DNA from: Planctomycetota bacterium
Lineage (GTDB): Bacteria > Planctomycetota > J058
Assembly (NCBI GenBank): GCA_019636275.1
Contig: JAHBXY010000023.1
Location: 1,509 to 65,508, forward strand
DNA length: 64,000 nucleotides
Reading direction: 5' to 3'
Shown: positions 1 through 7,916 of the stretch, in pieces
How positions within the stretch are numbered: the stretch's first letter is position 1
How the letters are laid out: each line of letters starts with the position of its first letter
Notes under the pieces: model-generated
What the model was told of the DNA's origin: nothing
What the model saw: the letters and a program-made list of their open reading frames with translations, nothing else
Database searches by the model: none
Position numbers and translations under genes: made by a program

Positions 1-148
1 TCGGGCTCACGCCCAGGAGCTGCGCCAGGCGCACGCGCGAGAGCCCGCGCCGCTGCCGGTAGGCCACGAGCTCCGCGGGCTGCACCCGCTCCCAGGTCCC
101 CTTGGGCCGGCCGCCGCGCCCCCGCTTCTTCTTGATCGTTCGCGCCAT
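1..148 (-). CDS. XRE-like helix-turn-helix DNA-binding protein (5' part only; runs off the window start)
   Basis: Not in the ORF track. My translation from ATG at 148 is MARTIKKKRGRGGRPKGTWERVQPAELVAYRQRRGLSRVRLAQLLGVSP, which has the XRE-type R-x3-GLS-x3-LA-x2-LGVS pattern preceded by a basic GRP segment. Confidence 0.65.
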   Translation of the reverse strand, partial: MARTIKKKRGRGGRPKGTWERVQPAELVAYRQRRGLSRVRLAQLLGVSP

Positions 149-202
149 GCCAACAGCGTACACGGTTCCGGGGGAGCGTGGTCGGGGGGCGATCACAGGG
201 GG

Positions 203-245
203 TCCACGCCGGCCGGGGACGCGAGCGCGTCCCCGGCCTCGTGGA
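203..245 (-). terminator. GC-rich hairpin downstream of the stand-alone pilin gene (putative terminator)
   Basis: GGCCGGGGACGC (211-222) pairs with GCGTCCCCGGCC (227-238), extended by TCCACG/CGTGGA. It lies just after the stop codon at 253 and has no U-tract. Confidence 0.5.
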
Positions 246-252
246 GCGTCCG

Positions 253-1080
253 TCAGTCGCGGTTGAACTCCGCGATCTCCTCGGCCGCGAGGTCACCGTC
301 GGCGCCGAGGACGGCCACCAGGCGGCAGCGGCCGCCGTTGTTGTAGGCCTCGAACACCGCCAGGTAGCGGTTGTAGTACAGCTCGTTCGAGTACGGGTAG
401 ATGGGCGGCTCGGTGAGCACCGCGCTCTGCAGGTTCGACCCGACGATCGTGGTCCACTTGCCCAGGCCGAACACGACCAGGACGCGGTCCGCGGGCACGA
501 CCGCGTTGCCGGCCGGGTTGGCCGCCGACGGCGGGGTGGGATAGATCGTGTTCAGGATCCGCTGGCCGGCCGCGTTGGCGGGGTTGATCGTGGCGAACAC
601 GTCGTCGGTCCCGTCGATCGGGTTCTGGACCGTGAACCCGTCGCTGTAGGGGATCGCCGTCGAGCCCACGTGGTCATAGACCGTCGTGATCCCGAGCCGC
701 GAGAGCGAGCGCGCCTGGTTCGCCGTGAGGCTGTCCGTCGACAGGATCAGCTTGCCGGCGCCGGTGGTGCCGACGAGGCCGGGGTCGAGGCCGCCCTGGC
801 CCGAGCCCGGCGCGCCGGGGACCTGCAGGCTGCGCGTGCCGGTAACGACGAGCGAGTCCCAGCGGTCGGGGTAGAAGTTGGTCGTCGCGCGGAAGGTCTG
901 GATCATGCGCGAGATGTTGCGCATGTCGAGCGCGGCGGAGGCCTTCTCCGCCTTGAGCTGCAGCACGTCGAGCTTGGTCACGGCCAGCCCCGCGATGGCG
1001 ACCAGGATCGCCAGCACGACGATGAGCTCGAGGAGCGTGAAGCCTGCGCGGTCCCCGCGCCGGTGGGTCATGGAACGCAT
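253..1080 (-). CDS. Prepilin-type N-terminal cleavage/methylation protein (large pilin/pseudopilin)
   Basis: Class III signal RRGDRAG|FTLLELIVVLAILVAIAGL. ATG at 1080 follows GGAGAGG. The longer ORF-track start runs through promoter/operator DNA. Confidence 0.9.
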   Translation of the reverse strand: MRSMTHRRGDRAGFTLLELIVVLAILVAIAGLAVTKLDVLQLKAEKASAALDMRNISRMIQTFRATTNFYPDRWDSLVVTGTRSLQVPGAPGSGQGGLDPGLVGTTGAGKLILSTDSLTANQARSLSRLGITTVYDHVGSTAIPYSDGFTVQNPIDGTDDVFATINPANAAGQRILNTIYPTPPSAANPAGNAVVPADRVLVVFGLGKWTTIVGSNLQSAVLTEPPIYPYSNELYYNRYLAVFEAYNNGGRCRLVAVLGADGDLAAEEIAEFNRD

Positions 1081-1158
1081 CGAGTCCTCTCCTGTGCCGC
1101 CGAGCGAGGCCCGCCATGGGCCCGCGCCGCGGCCGTCCAGCATTGCCTTCGAGTTCTT

Positions 1159-1177
1159 GAGACTGCGACTCATTCTC
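1159..1177. promoter_or_regulatory. Fur-box-like operator, degenerate copy (GAGACT GCGACT C ATTCTC)
   Basis: Has the same 6-6-1-6 hexamer layout as the classical Fur box GATAAT GATAAT C ATTATC and is similar to the copies at 1219, 16334 and 20568. Confidence 0.6.
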
Positions 1178-1218
1178 AGGAGGCGAGACGTCACTTCGAA
1201 CGCCCGTCCGCCCACGTC

Positions 1219-1239
1219 GAGATTGAGACTCAGTCTCAA
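1219..1239. promoter_or_regulatory. Fur-box-like operator GAGATTGAGACTCAGTCTCAA
   Basis: Perfect 8-1-8 palindrome TTGAGACT-C-AGTCTCAA. The 19-mer 1219-1237 is identical to 16334-16352 and 20568-20586. Confidence 0.8.
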
Positions 1240-1250
1240 CACGGAGGCGA

Positions 1251-1279
1251 ACTCTATCCGGCTCTGATCGCGGGGTCAA
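1251..1279 (-). promoter_or_regulatory. sigma70-type promoter TTGACC-N17-TAGAGT for the stand-alone pilin
   Basis: On the minus strand, TTGACC is at 1279-1274, followed by a 17-nt spacer and TAGAGT at 1256-1251. Operator copies flank it. Confidence 0.7.
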
Positions 1280-1287
1280 GCCTTTTT

Positions 1288-1306
1288 GCGAATGAGTCGC
1301 AATCTC
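1288..1306. promoter_or_regulatory. Fur-box-like operator, degenerate copy upstream of -35 (minus strand GAGATT GCGACT C ATTCGC)
   Basis: The reverse complement of 1288-1306 matches the 6-6-1-6 motif. Confidence 0.55.
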
Positions 1307-1407
1307 AGTTGAACCCGCGTCGTAGCGCGGCGGCCACGCCGGCTCGCCGCATTCGACGCTCCTGGGCGAACCTCGAGCGCCGCCGGGCGAGCCGACGCGA
1401 TCGCCTC

Positions 1408-2754
1408 TCAGCCGCCGGGGCTCCGCAGCCGGCGGGGCAGGCCCTCGAAGCGCTCGACGGCGTGGTACGCGCCGGCGGCGCGGGCGACCTGCAGGGCCTG
1501 CTCGGCCCGCCGCGCGACCTCGTCGGCGCCGGCGCGCCCAGCCGCGAGCTCGAGGAGGGCGACGGTCACGTCGCGCCGGCAGGCCAGGTCGGCCCCTGCT
1601 TCGCCGGGGAGCGACAGGCCGCGGACCGGCGCCAGGGCCGCCTCGGCGTCGTCGAGGCGCCGCGCGCGCAGGAGGACGCCCGCGCGGTTGACCGCCTGGC
1701 GCAGGCGGCCCGCGGGGTCGCCGGCCTCGAGGAACAGCCGCTCCGCGGCGGCGAACTCCTCGGCGGCGGCGTCGACCCGGCCCAGGTCGACGAGGAGCTC
1801 CGCCACGAGCGCCCGCGCGCTGGCCTCGGTCACGAGGTCGCGCGCGGCCCTGGCGTCCTCGACGGCTCGCTGCCCCTCCGCCAGGGCGGGCTCGGCCTGC
1901 GCGGCGAGGTGGTGCGCCCGGGCCAGCAGCAGGCGGTCGCCCGCCGGCGGGACGGGGGCGCTCCGCTGGAGCGTGGCCGCGTGGCGCAGCGCCACGAGGG
2001 GGAGCCGGCGCTCGAGCGCGGCCCGGCTCAACGCGCGGAGCCAGGCCGGCGGCGCGGCCGCCGAGGCCTCCCGCTCCTGCCGGAGCGCCTCCAGCCGCTC
2101 GAGGGCCGTGGCGTGCCACGTGACCCCGTCGTCGCGGCGCGTCGCGGCGCCCCACTCGGCGACGACGGCCTCCGGGTCGGCCGCCGACGAGAAGAAGAGC
2201 GCCTGCGTCCGCTGCACCGCGGTCCCGACGAAGGCGCCGGGGAGCGGGGCGCCGAGCGCCGCCTCGACCAGGCGCACCTCCGCCGACCACACCGGATCGC
2301 GGACCTCGGCGAACCCGCGCCCGGCCCGGCGCAGGCGGCCGCGGCCCGGCCGGTCGGCCGCGCGCAGGGCCAGGGCGCGACCGACCGCCGCGCGCCCACG
2401 CGCGTGCGCGGCCGGGGCCGACCGCCGCGCCCGGAGGCTGTCCAGGTAGGCCACCTGCGGCGGGCGCTGCCGGGCGAAGGCATCCGCGAGCGCCTCGAGC
2501 GTCGCGTCGGCGTCGGCCTGGAGGAACAGCGCGTGCGCGTGCTCGGGCTCGTCGCGGACCAGGGCCGCCTGGCAGGCGGGGGCGCCCGACTGCGCCTCGA
2601 ACCTGGCCCCGAACGCCGCCACGAGCCCCGCGTCGGGCGCCAGCCACGGGTCGACCGTGACCGCCGGCGCGGCCGGGGCCTCCGGCGCCGCCGGCGGCGC
2701 GCTCGCGCAGCCCGCGAGGGCCACGGCCAGGAGCAGCAGACGTCGGCGCATCAT
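1408..2754 (-). CDS. TPR-like helical lipoprotein (candidate secretin pilotin/accessory protein)
   Basis: MMRRRLLLLAVALAG|C lipobox and Ala/Leu-rich TPR-like helices at the C-terminus. ATGA overlap with the secretin stop codon. Confidence 0.7.
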   Translation of the reverse strand: MMRRRLLLLAVALAGCASAPPAAPEAPAAPAVTVDPWLAPDAGLVAAFGARFEAQSGAPACQAALVRDEPEHAHALFLQADADATLEALADAFARQRPPQVAYLDSLRARRSAPAAHARGRAAVGRALALRAADRPGRGRLRRAGRGFAEVRDPVWSAEVRLVEAALGAPLPGAFVGTAVQRTQALFFSSAADPEAVVAEWGAATRRDDGVTWHATALERLEALRQEREASAAAPPAWLRALSRAALERRLPLVALRHAATLQRSAPVPPAGDRLLLARAHHLAAQAEPALAEGQRAVEDARAARDLVTEASARALVAELLVDLGRVDAAAEEFAAAERLFLEAGDPAGRLRQAVNRAGVLLRARRLDDAEAALAPVRGLSLPGEAGADLACRRDVTVALLELAAGRAGADEVARRAEQALQVARAAGAYHAVERFEGLPRRLRSPGG

Positions 2755-4691
2755 CGGATCGGCTCCGGCGCGGGGCGCAGGTAGTCGTCGAACAGCAGCC
2801 GGTAGCCCTCGGCGCCCGGCACGTCGCCGCGCCGGTAGCGCTGCAGGGCCGCGTCGCCCAGGTCGTGGTAGGGGTGCAGCGACAGCGTCTCCATCGTCCG
2901 GCGCGAGCGCTGCGCCGCCTCGGCCGGCGTCGTGAGCACGTGCGGCGTGATGAGCAGCACGAGCTCCGTCTGCACCTCGGCGCGCTGGGTCGAGCCGAAC
3001 AGCCAGCCGATCACCGGCAGGTTCATGAGGAACGGGATCCCGCTGCGCTGGTCGCGCAGCTCCTTGCGGATCAGGCCGCCCACCGCCAGCGTCAGCCCGT
3101 CCTTGGCGACCACGGTGCCCTGCAGGCTGGCCGTGCTCACCGTGTCGATGTTCACGAGCTGCACGCCGCCCGTGACGCCGCCGGCGGGGACCGGCAGCTG
3201 CGCGCCGCCGGCGTTCACCGTGGACACGTCCTGCACGATCGTCAGCGCCACCGTGCGGTCGGCGTTGATCCGGGGGACGATCCGGAGCGTGTTGCCCACG
3301 TCGCGCAGGTCGACCGTCGGCACGACCTGGCTGGCGACGACGCCGTTGGTGGTGGTCGTCTGCAGCTCGAAGCTGCGCACCAGCGGCCGCTCCTCGCCGA
3401 TGAAGATGCGCGAGACCTCCTGGTTGGCGCACAGGAGCAGCGGCGTGGCCAGCACGGACACGCGCCCCTCGCGCTGCAGCGCCTGGATGCGCACGCGCAC
3501 GTGCTCGTTGAGGTACTGGTAGACGAGCGTGCCCCCGGCCAGCGGGAAGTTGCCCAGCCCGGCCAGGTTCTCGAGGCCCATGGCCTGGCTCAGGTCGAGC
3601 GGGTTCACCGGCTTGCCGGTGGGGAGGTTGCCGCGCGGCGGGTCCGCGACCCAGTCCACGTCGAGCGCCGTCTCGCGCCCGTCGTCGAGGCGCACCTCGA
3701 GGATCTTCATCTCGAGGAGCACCTGCGCCAGCGGCCGGTCGAGGTCCTGCACGAGCGCCTCGACCTCGCGCATGGCCGCCTCGTCGGCCGTGCGCACGAC
3801 GAGCACGTTCTGCCGCCGGTTCACGGCCACCCAGATCGGCGGCCGCTCCTCGGTCAGGCGGTCCAGGTCCTCGCCCGACGCCCGGCCGCCGTCGACCCGC
3901 ACGCGCGAGAGCTGGTCGGCGGTGACGCGGTCGGCGAGGCGCTCGGCGGCCTGCTCCGCGGCGGCGGAGGCGCGGCCGCCCTGGCCGAAGCCGCCCTGGC
4001 CGAACCCGCCCCCGAACCCGCCCCCGAAGTTGTTGTTGATCCCGCCGCCCACGTTCGTCGTGAAGGGCCCGCCGGCGCCGCCGCCGCCCAGCCCGCCGCC
4101 GAAGCCGCCGAAGCCGCCGCCGAAGCCGCCCTGTCCGAAGCCGCCCTGGCCGAAGCCGCCCTGGCCGAAGCCGCCCTGGCCGAAGCCGCCCCCGAACCCG
4201 CCGGCGAAGGCGTCGGCCGAGAGCGAGTCGAAGATCCCGTACGACAGGGCCACGCGGTCGCCGAAGACGTCGCGGAGCGTCTGGGCGATCGACAGGGCGT
4301 TGGGCTGCAGGAGGGTGAAGACCTTGACCGCCGGCTCGCGCCGCACGATCAGGTCCTCGCGCAGCTCCTCGGCCGTCATGATGCGCAGGACGCGGTCCTC
4401 CTCGCGGTACCACAGGCCCGAGGCCTTGCACATGGCCTCGACGGCCGTGCGCACGGGCACGCCCTGGAGGAGCAGGGTCACCGGCCGCCCGCCGGCCTCG
4501 GGCGTGGCGATGATGTTCCACCCGGTCGTCTCGGCGAGGAGCCGCGCCGCGTCGGCGACGGTGGCCTCGCGCAGATCGAGCCGCTCGACGAGCGGGCCGG
4601 CTGCTGGGGCGGCCTCCTGGGCGCGCGCGAGGAGCGCGCCGCCGAGGAGGACGAAGGAGAGGGCCGTGAGGCGCAGCGCGGGGGGCCTCAC
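2751..4691 (-). CDS. Secretin (GspD/PilQ family) with Gly/Phe-rich insertion
   Basis: Signal peptide, N-domains (LDLREATV..; RQNVLVVRT..EVEALVQDLDRP), QVLLEMKILEV, and the C-terminal secretin motif GGLIR..SGIPFLMNLPVIGWLFGS..ELVLLITPHV. GTGA overlap with the upstream gene. Confidence 0.9.
   Translation of the reverse strand: MRPPALRLTALSFVLLGGALLARAQEAAPAAGPLVERLDLREATVADAARLLAETTGWNIIATPEAGGRPVTLLLQGVPVRTAVEAMCKASGLWYREEDRVLRIMTAEELREDLIVRREPAVKVFTLLQPNALSIAQTLRDVFGDRVALSYGIFDSLSADAFAGGFGGGFGQGGFGQGGFGQGGFGQGGFGGGFGGFGGGLGGGGAGGPFTTNVGGGINNNFGGGFGGGFGQGGFGQGGRASAAAEQAAERLADRVTADQLSRVRVDGGRASGEDLDRLTEERPPIWVAVNRRQNVLVVRTADEAAMREVEALVQDLDRPLAQVLLEMKILEVRLDDGRETALDVDWVADPPRGNLPTGKPVNPLDLSQAMGLENLAGLGNFPLAGGTLVYQYLNEHVRVRIQALQREGRVSVLATPLLLCANQEVSRIFIGEERPLVRSFELQTTTTNGVVASQVVPTVDLRDVGNTLRIVPRINADRTVALTIVQDVSTVNAGGAQLPVPAGGVTGGVQLVNIDTVSTASLQGTVVAKDGLTLAVGGLIRKELRDQRSGIPFLMNLPVIGWLFGSTQRAEVQTELVLLITPHVLTTPAEAAQRSRRTMETLSLHPYHDLGDAALQRYRRGDVPGAEGYRLLFDDYLRPAPEPIR
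3975..4208 (-). repeat. GGFGQ/GGFG low-complexity tandem repeat inside the secretin
   Basis: 15-bp units GCCGCCCTGGCCGAA are repeated, encoding 12 FG dipeptides in about 78 aa. Confidence 0.9.
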
Positions 4692-5068
4692 CTGACCGTC
4701 ACCGTGGCGCCCTCGAGGGCGCCGATGCGCAGGACCACGCCGCGGTCGCCGATGGTCACCACGTCCAGGGGGACCTCGACGCCGTCCTTGACGATCGAGA
4801 TGCGGTCGCCCGGCCGGACGACGTGGACGGGCCCGGCGCCCACGGCCAGGAGGGCGGCCGGCGGGCGGCCCTCGAGGCGCAGCGTCCCGCGCACGGCCAG
4901 CGGGGGCAGGGCGCCGAACAGCGACTGCGACCACACCGCGGCCGGGTCGCCGCCGAGGGCCTGCGGGGCGGCGAACGGGTCGTCGGGCGGGGGCCAGTCC
5001 TGGGCGCGCGCGAGCGAGAGCGCGAGCGCGGCGACGAGCGGGGCGAGGACGAGCAGGCGGGGGGTCAT
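4688..5068 (-). CDS. Small secreted protein, PilP/GspC-HR-like
   Basis: Signal peptide, DPF motif, then LAVRGTL..ALL..HVVRPGDRI. It lies directly upstream of the secretin, as pilP does. Confidence 0.55.
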   Translation of the reverse strand: MTPRLLVLAPLVAALALSLARAQDWPPPDDPFAAPQALGGDPAAVWSQSLFGALPPLAVRGTLRLEGRPPAALLAVGAGPVHVVRPGDRISIVKDGVEVPLDVVTIGDRGVVLRIGALEGATVTVR

Positions 5069-5081
5069 GCGGCTCCCGGGG

Positions 5082-6284
5082 TCAACGACGGGCGACCAGG
5101 CTGAAGAGGGCCTGGAAGAAGCTGATGTAGACGAAGCCGACCATGCCGCCGACGACGACGATGATGACCGGCTCGATGAAGGTGGCGAGGGTGCGCACGT
5201 GCGTCTGCAGGCGGCGGTCGTGGAACTCGCCCAGGCGCAGGAGCACGTCGTCGAGGGCGCCCGTCTCCTCGCCCACGCGCACGACCTGCGTGGTCATGGG
5301 CGAGACCACCGGGTGCTCGAGGCTGGGGGCCAGCGCCAACCCCTGGACCACCCGCTCGCGCGCGCGCAGGACCACGCCGGCGTAGGCGCGGTTGGTGAAC
5401 GAGTCGGCGAGGAGGCGCAGCGACTCGACCAGCGGCAGGCCGCTGCGCAGGAGGAGCCCGAGCGTGCGCCCCAGGTGCGCCTGGGCGGCGGCGCGCAGGA
5501 GGCCGCCGACGACGGGGACCGAGAGGGCCGCCCGGTCGGTGAGGCGGCGGCCCGCGTCGATGCGGCGCACGACGACGAACAGCGCCAGCGCGGCGAGCGC
5601 GCCCAGCAGCAGGGCCGCCCCCCACTGCTGCATGAAGGCGGAGACGTCCATGAGGAGCTGCGTGCTCCAGGGGAGCGCCGCGCCGCGTCCGGCGAGGAAG
5701 CTGACGAACTTGGGGAGCACCTTCACGGTCAGGAACCAGAAGGTGGCGCAGGAGACGAGCACGACCAGCGACGGGTAGGCGAGGCTCGTGAGGAGCTGCG
5801 CCTGGATCGCCGCGCGGCGCTCGACGAACTCCGCCGAGCGCTCGAGGGCGTCGGGCAGCTCGCCCGTGGCCTCGGCCGTGCGCACGAGGTGCACGGCGAT
5901 CTCGGGGAACAGCGCCCGCTCCGCCTGGAGCCCGTCCGAGAGCGGCCGGCCGCTGCTGACGGTGCGCGTGAGGCGCCGGGCGGCGCGGCGCAGGCCCACG
6001 CGGTTGGCCGCCGCCTCGAGGGTCTCCAGCGCCTGGAGCAGCGTCAGCCCCGTGCGCAGCATGAGCGCGAGCTGGGTGAGGAACAGGACCACGTCGGCGC
6101 TGCGCACGTATTCCAGGCGCCAGGCCCGGTCGGCGTCGGGCTCGGCGGCCTGGCCGGCGGCGAGCTCGAGCGGGAACAGCCCGCGCGCGCGGAGGGCGGC
6201 GGCGGCGCCGGCGGCGTCCGGAGCGTCCACCCCGCCCCGGACCTCCGCCCCGCGCTCGTCGAGGGCCACGTAGTCGATCCGCAC
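5082..6284 (-). CDS. Type II secretion F / PilC inner-membrane platform protein
   Basis: FLTQLALMLRTGLTLLQAL, AEATGELPDALER, SLAYP, VGEETGALDDVL and IEPVIIVVVG are the two T2SSF domains. Confidence 0.93.
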   Translation of the reverse strand: MRIDYVALDERGAEVRGGVDAPDAAGAAAALRARGLFPLELAAGQAAEPDADRAWRLEYVRSADVVLFLTQLALMLRTGLTLLQALETLEAAANRVGLRRAARRLTRTVSSGRPLSDGLQAERALFPEIAVHLVRTAEATGELPDALERSAEFVERRAAIQAQLLTSLAYPSLVVLVSCATFWFLTVKVLPKFVSFLAGRGAALPWSTQLLMDVSAFMQQWGAALLLGALAALALFVVVRRIDAGRRLTDRAALSVPVVGGLLRAAAQAHLGRTLGLLLRSGLPLVESLRLLADSFTNRAYAGVVLRARERVVQGLALAPSLEHPVVSPMTTQVVRVGEETGALDDVLLRLGEFHDRRLQTHVRTLATFIEPVIIVVVGGMVGFVYISFFQALFSLVARR

Positions 6285-6305
6285 GGCGCTCTCCCCCGCC
6301 CCCCG

Positions 6306-7916
6306 CTACGCCCGCGCCTCGAGCGCCTCGGCCAGGCTGGTGCTCCCGTCGAGCACCTTGCGCAGGGCGTCCTCGGCCAGCGTCGGGGCGCCGCCCGCGC
6401 GCGCCAGCCGGGCGACCTCGTCGGCGCCGGCGCCGCGGGCCACGAGCGCCGCGACCGCCTCGTCGACCCACAGCGCCTCGACCACGGCCAGCCGGCCGCG
6501 GTAGCCCGTGCCCAGGCAGGCCGGGCAGCCCGCCGGCTCGAACACGGGTCTCTCGTTATCGCGGCCGCCTTCGCTGCCGACGAGGCGCGCCAGCGCCGCG
6601 GCGCCCGCCGTGGTCGGGGCGCGGCAGGCGCACAGCCGGCGCACGAGGCGCTGCGCGATCGCCGCGCGCAGGGTGGCGCTGACGAGGAACGGCTCGCAGC
6701 CCAGGTCGACGAGCCGCGCGGGGGCGCCGGCCGCGCGGTTGGCGTGGAGCGAGGCCAGGACCAGGTGCCCGGTCATGGCCGCCTTCACGGCGACGTCGGC
6801 GGTCTCCTCGTCGCGGACCTCGCCGACCATGAGGACGTCGGGGTCGTGGCGCAGGAGCGAGCGCAGGGCGCGCGCGAACGTGACCTTGCCGGCGCGGTCC
6901 ACGCCGATCTGCGTGATCCCGGGGATGAGGAACTCGACCGGGTCCTCGACGGTCATGATGTTCAGCTCGGGCGCGCGCACCTCGCGCAGGGCCGCGTAGA
7001 GGGTCGTGGTCTTGCCCGAGCCGGTGGGGCCCGTGAGCAGGACCATCCCGTGCGGCTCGTCGAGCGCGAGGCGGAAGCGCCGCAGGTCGTCGGGCGAGAA
7101 GCCGAGGACCTCGAGCGTCAGCTCGCGCGTCTCGACGCCGAGGAGGCGCAGCGTGGCCCGCTCGCCGTGGCGGGTGGGGATCGTGGCCAGCCGCACGTCG
7201 AAGGCCTGCTCCTCGTGGCGGTGCTGGAAGCCGCCGTCCTGCGGCTCGCGGCGCTCGGCGATGTCGAGCCCGCCGAGGACCTTCACGCGCGAGAGGAGCT
7301 GCTGCGCCTCCTCCTGGCCCAGCGCGCCGCCGAAGGGCATGAGCCGCCCGTCGACGCGCAGGCGCACGTGCAGCCCGTCCTCCTGCGGGTCGAGGTGCAC
7401 GTCCGAGGCGCGGTGCAGCCAGGCCTGGCGCAGGAGGTCGTCGAGGAAGCTCACCGCGTCCCAGGCCGCGACCGCCTCGCCCTCGGGCGCGCGCACGTGG
7501 CGCCGGACCGCCGCCTGCAACGCACCCGGGTCGGCGATGGCCAGGGCCAGCGGCGCGTCGAGGACGCGGCGCAGGGTCTCGAGGGTGGCCGCGTCGTCCG
7601 GGTCGGCGGTGGCCACGAGCACGGCCTCGCCCTGGCGGCGCAGCGGGAGCACCGCCTTGCGCAGGACGAGGCGGGGCGGGGCGCGGCCGACGAGCGCGGC
7701 GTCGACGACCAGGTCGGCCGCCTCGAGGAACGGCAGGCCGCGCTCGCGCGCCAGGGCCCGGTAGAACGCCTCGCGCGGGACGCGCAGGCGCTCGGTGGCC
7801 ACCTCCAGCGGGTCGCGCCGGGTGCGGCGCGCCTCCTCGAGGATCTCCGCCTCGGCGGGGCGGCGCATCATGCCGGTGCCGGCGGCCGCGCGGAGCAGGG
7901 CGGGCGGGTTGCTCAT
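6306..7916 (-). CDS. GspE/PilB extension ATPase
   Basis: ASDVHLDP, LDIAERREPQDG, Walker A GPTGSGKTTT, EDPVE, LRHDPDVLMVGEVRD, GHLVLASLHAN, and the Cys motif with GYRGR. ATGA-coupled to the upstream gene. Confidence 0.93.
   Translation of the reverse strand: MSNPPALLRAAAGTGMMRRPAEAEILEEARRTRRDPLEVATERLRVPREAFYRALARERGLPFLEAADLVVDAALVGRAPPRLVLRKAVLPLRRQGEAVLVATADPDDAATLETLRRVLDAPLALAIADPGALQAAVRRHVRAPEGEAVAAWDAVSFLDDLLRQAWLHRASDVHLDPQEDGLHVRLRVDGRLMPFGGALGQEEAQQLLSRVKVLGGLDIAERREPQDGGFQHRHEEQAFDVRLATIPTRHGERATLRLLGVETRELTLEVLGFSPDDLRRFRLALDEPHGMVLLTGPTGSGKTTTLYAALREVRAPELNIMTVEDPVEFLIPGITQIGVDRAGKVTFARALRSLLRHDPDVLMVGEVRDEETADVAVKAAMTGHLVLASLHANRAAGAPARLVDLGCEPFLVSATLRAAIAQRLVRRLCACRAPTTAGAAALARLVGSEGGRDNERPVFEPAGCPACLGTGYRGRLAVVEALWVDEAVAALVARGAGADEVARLARAGGAPTLAEDALRKVLDGSTSLAEALEARA

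Noticed and set aside
1081-1242. Shared peptide LRLSLNL near the N-termini of three ORF-track proteins (253..1242, 15830..16432, 19542..20588)
   Set aside because: It is the translation of the DNA operator TTGAGACTGAGTCTCAATCTC. The real starts, with RBS and signal peptides, lie downstream.
4020-4208. Short tandem repeats as a possible CRISPR array
   Set aside because: They are contiguous coding repeats with no unique spacers, and there are no cas genes in the window.
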